Shown one piece after another: positions 55,266 to 64,000 of a stretch of 64,000 bases of DNA. Position numbers and translations under genes: made by a program. This stretch comes from Octopus vulgaris (Eukaryota). The notes beneath the pieces were generated by a model. That model was not told the origin of the DNA and did no database searches. It saw only the letters and a program-made list of their open reading frames with translations. Every line of letters starts with the position of its first letter. The first letter of the stretch is position 1. The stretch spans positions 50,654,001 through 50,718,000 of the forward strand of contig OX597825.1 of the NCBI GenBank assembly GCA_951406725.2, read 5' to 3'.

Positions 55266-57129
55266 TTCCATGTTTGACTTTTGGCTCCAAGTCTCACCCA
55301 GAGACCTCAAGAGACGACAAGTTGGAAGTTCTTGCTGGTACTATGCCTAGGGTGCCATATATTTGGTTTTGTACTTACTGTTGTACCAGTGAATGTCTAA
55401 AAAAAACATACGAAAATTATGTTTGTTTTAAAACTTGTGATTACAAAGAAAGTATTTTGCGTAGGATATGAGCAGTTCCCATGAGCACTATCTTTTGATT
55501 TTCTGCCATTTTGGGGGTTTCCTGGTATCTGAGTTAGGTAGCAATCAGTCCCTTTTGCTATCATTCCCAGGGCACCTATTACAACATTCTTCAGGTTCCA
55601 CATTATGCTGATTTCTATTTCAAGATCTTTATATTTGCTCAGTTTTTGGTAGGTCTTGACAGATACGGTTATATCGATTGGGACAGTCATATCAATGAGG
55701 AGGCATGATTTTTGTCTGAAGTCTTTCAATATAATGTCTGGCCTATTTGCATCTATCTTTCTGTCAGTTTGAATGGTGAAGTTCCAGAGGAGTGAGATGT
55801 GATCATTTTCAAGCACTGGAGGTGGTTTGTGTTCCCACCAGTTTTTATCATGGGGCAAGTCCAGGCTTTTGCAAATTACCCAGTGAATATATTGTGCAGC
55901 TCTATCATGCCTGTTGAGATACTCTGTAGGTGCAAGAAGACTGCACTTGGAGACAACATGATCAATGGTTTCATTTTGTTGTTGACATACACGACATGTT
56001 GGGCTACTGCCGTTCTTTAATATGTTGGCCTGGTAGTTCCTTGTAGGTAGGCATTGATCTTGAGCTGCTATGATAAACCCTTCTGTTTCAGATTTTAAGC
56101 CAGAGGCCATTAGCCATTGATGGGTCAGGGCTTTGTCAACATCGCATTATTCGCTCTCTTTGGGTATTTGCCATTGAGAGGTTTTTCTTGCCATTTATCA
56201 ATCAGAATATCTAAGGCAGCAGTTTTAGCACGGGTTTTCATGCGCTTAGCTTTTTCTGTGCTTGTTTCTTGTATGTCTAATTCCGAAATTTGTTGTATTC
56301 GGAATTCACTTAGATATTCCTTTGCCTGTTTTGTTACTGAGTATGATGCTTTCTTGTTTTCATGTTTTGAGACAAGTTTTAACATCCAGTCCTCAGAGTT
56401 TTTCAGGTAGGTGTCTAGGCCAATTGTAGCAATCTTCATTGTTATTGCCAGTTGTAAAAGTCCACGGCCTCCCTCTTTTCTTGGCAGATAAAGTCGTTCT
56501 ATATCTGCCTTAGGGTGGTGCATTCTATGCATTGTCAACAGTTTTCGTATTTTTCTGTCAAGATTACATATTTCAGTAATTGACCAGTTAACAATATTGA
56601 AACTGTAAGTCACGACTGGTATGGCTAAAGCATTGATCGCTTGATCCTGTTTCTCGCATTCAGCTCTGTCTTGAGTATTGCTCTTACTCTGCGATAACAT
56701 TCTCTCCTGATCCTTTCCTTCATCACTGAATGCCTTATTCCGTCCCTTCAATTACCCCTAGGTACTTGTAGCTCTCCGCTGGGTCTAACTCTTTTATGAC
56801 ATTCTGCTGGTCAAGGTTAAGCGTTAGATGTTTCTGTCATTTTTCCTTTGATAAAGGTAGCTTTTGCACATTTATCGAGGCCAAATTGCATTCTGATGTC
56901 ATCACTGAATTGTTTAACAATCGCTAGTAAGCCCTTGAGTTGTTGGTCATTTTTTGCAAAGAGCTTTAAATCATCCATGTAAATGAGAGGATTTATATTT
57001 TTATCAAACATTTTATATCCGTACTGTGCGTCATTGAGCAATTTTGAGAGGTAATAAGGCAAAACAAAAGAGGAGTGGTGATAGTGAGACACTCTGGAAA
57101 ATGCCACATGAAATTTTTACATCAGCAGC

Positions 57130-57134
<5 letters not shown>
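55266..57134 (-). mobile_element. 5'-truncated second copy of Dong family A
   Basis: Highly similar to 8383-10326, with the same 3' terminus (AGTCAAACAT.GAAT), (TTA)n on both sides and several frameshifts. Confidence 0.95.
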
Positions 57135-57183
<49 letters not shown>

Positions 57184-58099
57184 CATAAATGATAAAACCT
57201 AACTTGGTGGAAATTGAATACAAATATATAAAGACTCGAAATAAATACTAAGAGTAAATATGATAATCTGTCGTTCCTGCTGTTAATAAAACCTGGCAGA
57301 AACAAATAAATAAAAAGAAAATAATGATGATAAACCATTACATCCTAAATAATTATAAACAATTTCAGAATTTGAAATGATTGTGTAAAATTTACCAAAT
57401 TAATCTTGACCATAGTTTGAAGGTAACTGGACATTTTTCCAGTAGTACCGTGTTATTTAAGGCCGTATTATTTAATGGAAAAAAGTGTTGATACTTGAAT
57501 ATCCCAAGAGATTGCATTACAAATTTGCTTTTTAGATAGCTGTTGGGATATTTTCCATAGAAATCAGGCGCCAATAATTCATAATAGAATTTAATTGGTT
57601 AAATTAATCAAAACTATTTTCTTTCTTTTTATTACTTTCAAAAAGGGACATGAGGAAATATATTGAAAATTTCACGGGAACTTTAAAAATTTATGTTCAG
57701 ATATTTAAAGCTATTTTTGTCTAATATCAAAATTATGGCAGAATTTAAATTAATTAATTACAACATTGTTTATAAATCGTTGTTGAAAAAAGCACCTAAT
57801 GCTGAAATTACTTCGTAGTTTGGGATCATTAAATTAGCATGGTTGCTTTCTTTTCGATGGAAATATTTTGTCAATATCCAACGTATTTTACTCCCTGAAA
57901 CCATAATATTTCATGCTAAAATACTCTTAACCCTTTTCAAATTTGTTTCGCAATTCTTTCATTCTTCAGTACCAGGATCATATCGCGGCACTGCAAAAAA
58001 TACAATATACTCAACTCTTTTTCATTAGAATCTAGAGCACTCACCATTTTGGTTTAGAAAAATCTTTTTTTCTGTCCCAGGTTACTCCCGGCCCATTAT

Positions 58100-58985
58100 G
58101 GGTTACACACTTTCCAACAGAATTTCTCAACTCCCAAGATTCTCCTGAACTCCCTCACTATGAACTTCACTTGAAAGTCGGTTGCCCTGTCATCCTTGTA
58201 CGCAATATAAACGCAACCATCTCTATGCAATGGAACGCGTCATTGAAGCCCAAATTATCACGGGACACGGCAAAAACGATACCGTTTTCATTCCGAAAAT
58301 TCCACCAACCCCCAACAGGCTGCCCCTATCCTATGCAGAGGCTTCTGTTCCCTCTGAAACTAAGTTATTTCTCTACTGCATTCTTCTAGTTATTCCTCTG
58401 CTGCATTCTTCACATCTACGCCACACTCTAGCCGTGAGCAATCAGACTTCCTGCAAGCATTTCATTGATATTTTGCTTCATTTCCCTGATTACTGTTAAC
58501 AGTACATTACTTCAATGGCCCTTCTTCCCGCACGCTGATCGCTCATAAATATGCTCTGACATTTATTTTTGTACATGTCATTATTCTATTTGCATGTTCG
58601 CTATAAATGTTTGCTTTTCTTTATCACACATGACTTTCAATGAAAAAAAACCCAAAAAAACTTCAATGCTGTTGTGTCAGGCATTACTAGAAAAATAAGT
58701 ACATGATACAAAACGCTTCAAGTAAGATATAGGATCCCTAATGACTACTGCAATTGCAACCTCATTTCATGGACTTTCATTTATTACTAAGTGCCAAATT
58801 GTGTTAAAAAAAAGCATTAAGTTTCATAGTACCTTGTCATAAATTGCTAATGAAAATGGTAATTATACATTTTACGTTTATCAATTGAAACGACTTCTAA
58901 CTGTGGGCTAATTCAACTTAAACCGTCCACAGAAGTGCGCCATTATAATAAATAATACCGTCCAAAGGACGGGTGCATTTGCTAG
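58100..58985 (+). mobile_element. Helitron 3' portion with a helicase remnant and canonical terminus
   Basis: LKVGCPVILVRNIN, VIEAQIITG...VFIPKIP, QRLLFPLKLS. 3' hairpin CCGTCC-aaa-GGACGG (58958-58972), then CTAG|T at 58982-58985. Confidence 0.8.
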
Positions 58986-60222
58986 TGATACAATAAATCA
59001 AGGACTATATTATAGCTATATTTATCTCCTATTTTGAAACATATAGCTTGCTTGGCTTCTATTTCTCGCACTCAGAGCAACAGCATAAACGTCTCCTTCG
59101 TTGACTCATCTTGGTCTTTGCTTCTGATATATCACTACTTTGTTTTAGGAAAATCTTTGTACTAATCTAGTATATACCAAACGTTTGAAGTAGTTTTGAC
59201 CATCATTGACACCATCAATATATTTGGGAAGTGCATGAAGACCTCACGATCTTATTTTCTATAAATCCGGGAGAAATCACAACCAGAGAGTGTCTTTGAG
59301 ATCAGGGAAAAGGTTTATGGCCTAAATCTCATAAACAGCACTGAAAGTCTCTATATGGTTGCTCGCTCTGATAGCAATAGCAACCAAAATCTCCCTCAAA
59401 CATGGTCTATTAACGTAGAAAAGGTAGGATATATTTTAATCGTGTAGTTCTGGACGCACAAAAGAAAAATGATGTGCTGGTTCTGACCTGAAATTCAGAT
59501 CAGTCCTAGGGTTAAACATTTGTTAATGATCAATGCACTTAAAATCCCTCTGGTTTTGCCTATTGCGGCTGTGGAGTACTGAGCTAAGCAGTAATTGTGT
59601 TGTGTAATCAATATAATTAATAAATGTAAATTTCGCTGACACCACAATACGAAACAACAGTTTGAAACGTATTTATTTATTCAATCAAGACCCTATTGTT
59701 TTTAAGAAGAAAAAAATTATAAATAGAAAAGCAAATATATTGTGCATGCATACTCGATCTTCGGTGATGAAACACCGCTAATACTATAATAAGATATCCA
59801 GAGAAATTTCACGTCTTATGGAGAATATGCAGGGTAAATACAAAAACATATACGGAAAGAAATCTATTAGGTTAATCAACAATTTTCCGGCAAACATAAA
59901 TACCGTAAAATCTTCAGATATTCTATTAAGGTTAGTTATTTTGTGACTAAATTCTTGGCTAGTTTCATCAGAGGTTCATGGCACATTAACTGAAAAACCA
60001 AACCTACTTTCAACAAAATCAATTGAGATAATTACCACCAAATTACTTTCAACATTGGCAGAGGTATGGTATTGTAGTTCAGAAGTTCAATTTGCATACA
60101 CGTGATTTCGAGTTCAGACCAACAGCACATTACCTCAGGAAAGTGTCTTCTACAATAGCCCAGGGCCGACGAATTTTGTGTGATAGAATTTCGTGTGAAA
60201 TCCCATGTATAATATATATACA

Positions 60223-61270
60223 CAAGGGTTGGACAAAATAATGGAAACACCTAGCATCATAGCATCATAATTTTGAGATATCGATAAAACTGACAAAAGC
60301 TTGTTTATTTTTATGTTTTTGATTTATTCTTAGTGTTGCTTCATATGTTTTGCTAAAGTTGCTGTTTCTTTTCAGATATCATTAGAAAAAGGTAATTGAA
60401 ATACATTAAAATGACATCTATCGGATTTTCAAAGAGGTTAAATTGTTGGCGCTCGTATGGTAAGGGCTAGCGTTACGAAAACAGCCGAAATATTTGGTAT
60501 ATCAAGAAGTACTGTCTCGAAAGTAATGAGAACGAGGGAAAAACCTCCTCATCGAAACAAAATCTGGGAGAAAACCAAAACTTTCAGATAGGGACCGTCG
60601 GACTCTTACACGAGTAGTTAGAAAGGATCACAAAAGTACAGATCCCAAAATTAATGCAGAGATTAATGACCACCTCAAGAACCCCGTTTCCACAAGAAAT
60701 GTTTGCTGGGAGGAGCACAAAGCTGGATTTCATGGGAGGGTTGCAATCAGAAACGACTACTTTCAAAAACAAACTTTGCAAAGTGTTAAGAGTGGAGTAA
60801 AAACCTACAGAATTGGTCCCTAGAGCAGTGGAAGAATGATATTTTCTCGGATGAGTCATCCTTTACCTTCTTCCTGAATATTCTGCCGGGTATACGTATG
60901 GAGACAGCCAAAAGAATCATTTGACCTAGACTGCCTTCTTCCAACTGTTAAACATGGAGGTGGATCTATGATGATCTGGGTGGGGGGCTATATCTTGAAA
61001 ATCCGCCGGCCCAGTGATTTCCTTTCATGGCAGAATTAATAGTCTAGACTATTTAAGCATTTTATTTGATCAAATTCATCCTATGGTTGTGAAACTATTT
61101 CCGGGGGAAACGTAATCTTTCAAGATGATAATGCACCAGTTTACACAGCTAAAGTTGTTACTGAAAGGTACAAGGAATATTCTAGTGATCTCAATATTAT
61201 TGAACATTTATGGTGCATTTTAGAAAAACTAAGGAGTCGATATCCTCCAAAATCATCATTACAAGAACTG
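60223..61270 (+). mobile_element. Decayed Tc1-like element, right end lost
   Basis: Left TIR CAAGGGTTGGACAAAATAATGGAAACACC after a TA run. Remnants LSDFQRG*IVGARM, IFSDES, PTVKHGGGSMMIW, IFQDDNAP, DLNIIEHLW. Confidence 0.88.
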
Positions 61271-61402
61271 TCTACCAAATCCACTCACAAGGCTTTGGTC
61301 GTCCCGAGGCTATAGCATAAGACACTTGCCTAAGTTGCTAAGCAGCGGAACTGAACCCGGAGCCATGGAGTTGGGAAGCAAGCTTCTTACCACATAGCCA
61401 CG
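61271..61402 (-). mobile_element. 5' half of a tRNA-derived SINE
   Basis: Reverse complement matches 42930-43070. Confidence 0.8.
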
Positions 61403-61569
61403 TCTTCCCTTCCTTGGATCTTTCCTTTTACTACGTTTCTGACGAAGAGCTCCGCCCGAAACGTTAAATCCTCCTTCTTTCTTTCCTTTCCTGAGCGTCC
61501 AATAACACTATACTTGTTCCACGTCCTCACGTTGTTGTGTTTTCTCTTTGTGTTTTCATGTTTGGATTA

Positions 61570-61573
<4 letters not shown>
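61403..61573 (+). mobile_element. PLE-pLTR-like element with a minimal hammerhead motif (61435-61469), ending at (TA)n
   Basis: GTTT-CTGACGA-A-GAGC(TCC)GCCC-GAAA-CG-T-T-AAAT. Self-complementary ACGT stem III; one stem II mismatch. Confidence 0.6.
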
Positions 61574-61605
<32 letters not shown>

Positions 61606-61683
61606 AATATTAATAATAAGGAGAATGAAGAATTTGAACATTAAAACTTTATGTTAATTTCTGGTTAGTTTATTCATTTATTC

Positions 61684-62071
61684 AGTGGAGGCGCAATGTC
61701 CCAGTGGTTAGGGCAGCGGACTCGCGGTCGTAGGATCGCGGTTTCGATTCCCAGACCGGGCGTTGTAAGTGTTTATTGAGCGAAAACACCTAAAGCTCCA
61801 CGAGGCTCTGGCAGGGGATGGTGGTGATCCCTGCTGTACTCTTTCACCACAACTTTCTCTCAATCTTACTTCCTGTTTCTGTTGTACCTATATTTCAAAG
61901 GGCCGGCCTTGTCACTCTCTGTGTCACGCTGAATATCCCCGAGAACTACGTTAAGGGTACACGTGTCTGTGGAGTGCTCAGCCACTTACACGTTAATTTC
62001 ACGAGCAGGCTGTTCCGTTGATTCGGATCAACCGGAACCCTCATCGTCGTAACCGACGGAGTGCTTCCAAA
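61684..62071 (+). mobile_element. Young tRNA-derived SINE with a 12-bp target site duplication
   Basis: tRNA-like head (CCAGTGGTTAGGGCAGCGGACT...GGTTTCGATTCCC). ATTCATTTATTC occurs at 61672-61683 and 62072-62083. Confidence 0.9.
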
Positions 62072-62939
62072 ATTCATTTATTCTTTTATTTGTTTCAGTC
62101 ATAAATCGATCGCAGCAACTGCATGTTGTTGCATATTGATATGCAGCGATTTATGCATTACTAGTACAATCTCTTCAGGACATATAAGCATGGGATTGTT
62201 GAAAGTGGAATTTTCCTCTACTATTAGTTTGAATTAGGCTTGGTAGTAGTAGTAAACCATAACATTCTTCTATGAGATGTTTTTCTCAACTGCCTGTTTG
62301 GTAAAAATTCAGTAGCAGTTGCAGCAGTGCTTGTTGAAGTTAGTAAATGTTCTTGGCTAGGTTGGGAGTGATTACTTGTAGAATACCTATTTTTGATTGA
62401 TTCTACATGCTTTATAGACACAAAATATTTTGATAGATTTTAGAGTTGATTATATTATTTGAATTTGTGAAGGTTATTAATAGTTGTAGTGGATAATTAG
62501 AAATCAGTAAGAACCATGTGGTCAGTTGTATTTTAAATTCAACTAACTTATTATTAATGCTTTAATGTGCTTCTAGGTTTTGTTATATATAATCTTATAA
62601 GTTGAATTCTATTCTATTCTATTCTTTATATGTGCCTTTACTATTATATTTATTATAGTTATGTTTAGAGAAACATTTATTGTATATTACACTCTTAGTA
62701 ACCAAGAAATAAACTGGAACATCAGAAGGGAGTTGAAGGAAGAGTACCAAAATAAATAAATAAAATAAACGCACCATGAGAAGGAATCAGCCTTGGCTCT
62801 ATACTCAGAGAAATTCGGTATCTTCCTGGATATTATATCTCTCCTCTTACTATATACATAGATATTTATTTATTATATGTATTTTATATATATATTTATA
62901 TATATAGTATGCATTATATATATACATATATATATAAAT

Positions 62940-63180
62940 ACATACACATGTGTGTGTGCATCATGTGTCTGCATCTGTACTTGTTTTTTCTCACACTGCT
63001 TGAAAACCAGCGTTGGTTCGTTTACGACTATGTAACTTAGTGGTTCTACAAAAATAGATCGGTAGAATAAGTGCCAGACATAGAAAATATGTACTCTAGT
63101 CGATTTGTTCAACTAAACCCTTGAAGATGGTGCTCCAGCATGGCCGCAGTCTAATGAGAAACAAATAAAAGATAAAAAGT
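62940..63180 (+). mobile_element. 3' half of the SINE family at 42930
   Basis: GTAACTTAG.GGTTC, TAGAATAAGT, GGTGCTCCAGCATGGCC.CAGTC, AAAGATAAAA tail. Confidence 0.7.
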
Positions 63181-64000
63181 TAAATAGTGTAATTACCAAC
63201 TACTGCCATCAAAATGGTAAGTACTGTACTATTGTATACATGAGGGTCAGCTGTATAATAAACTTTACGTGAGAGATTGCGATTGACTAAATACATGACG
63301 GAAATCTATCGACGAGATACATGACAGACAGCTTTTGGGTTACGAAAGCGGAGCGCTAAGCAGTGATAAGTGAAATTGCAATGTTATTATCAGTCTGAAT
63401 ATGCTTGATGCACGATCGAACTGGGGAACAAGCTACTCGCTGCGTTTTGTCACGGGGAATATATCTCGCTTGTTGACAAATGGTGTCAATAATTTTCCGG
63501 CAAACACAAGTACCATGGCTACGGTATATACGAAAGACAGCTTATACTTGTGTCTAACTATGTATTTTATTTTCTTTCTTTCTTATCCCCTGATGATGTT
63601 AATATAAACGAAAGCACTTGGGATTAGGAGTTTTATTTTATCCTGAGGTAAACAATTTTATTGTGGACGTATATGTGTGCGAAAGGAAGGGTAGGGGGGA
63701 TCATTTAAAACTTTATAGGGTTGGTAACTCATTTTTAACACTTTTATGAAAATATAGGTAAAGGTGTTCTTTGTTTCAGAGTATCTTGATCAGTTAAGAT
63801 GTTATGCCCATTTGAAGTTGCACCAAGTTAAAAAACGGCAAAATAGCGATATTTTTTCATACTGTTATTTCACCATGTTCCACTCCGACATTTCTTTGGA
63901 ACTTTTAGTATGCTATAAAAAAACTTTATTCAAGACAAATAACACTAATTTCGTTTCTGTTGCAATTAGTAGTGAGTCCTGAACTACAGGGTCACACATA

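Noticed and set aside
61684-61760. tRNA gene
   Set aside because: It is the head of a ~390-bp SINE bounded by a target duplication, and no proper acceptor stem is evident.

Overview
AT-rich eukaryotic non-coding DNA dominated by microsatellites [(TA)n, (CA)n, (CATA)n, (CTAT)n, (TAA)n, (GA)n] and transposable elements. The SINE families and repeat landscape suggest a cephalopod (Octopus-like) genome; this is inferred from recalled repeat sequences, not from a search. I found no host protein-coding gene that I can support, and most short ORFs in the track are translated microsatellites. Main contents: (1) a near-intact R4/Dong-clade non-LTR retrotransposon (RT plus CCHC and PD-(D/E)XK restriction-like endonuclease) at about 6.1-10.3 kb, broken by a single 1-bp frameshift; (2) a cluster of at least five Dong-like lineages plus a non-coding passenger element at 46-57 kb, all co-oriented in (TAA)n tracts; (3) a second R4-like lineage sitting in (CATA)n tracts at 35-36.5 kb; (4) Penelope-like element (PLE) remnants and short pLTR-like elements with minimal hammerhead ribozyme motifs, including a perfect palindrome with 137-bp arms and a G3-C8 variant hammerhead on each strand (28.1-28.4 kb); (5) a full-length D,D34D mariner, decayed Tc1 and other ITm elements, Helitron and CR1 fragments, tRNA-derived SINEs and foldback MITE-like elements. 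Boundaries of degraded elements are approximate.
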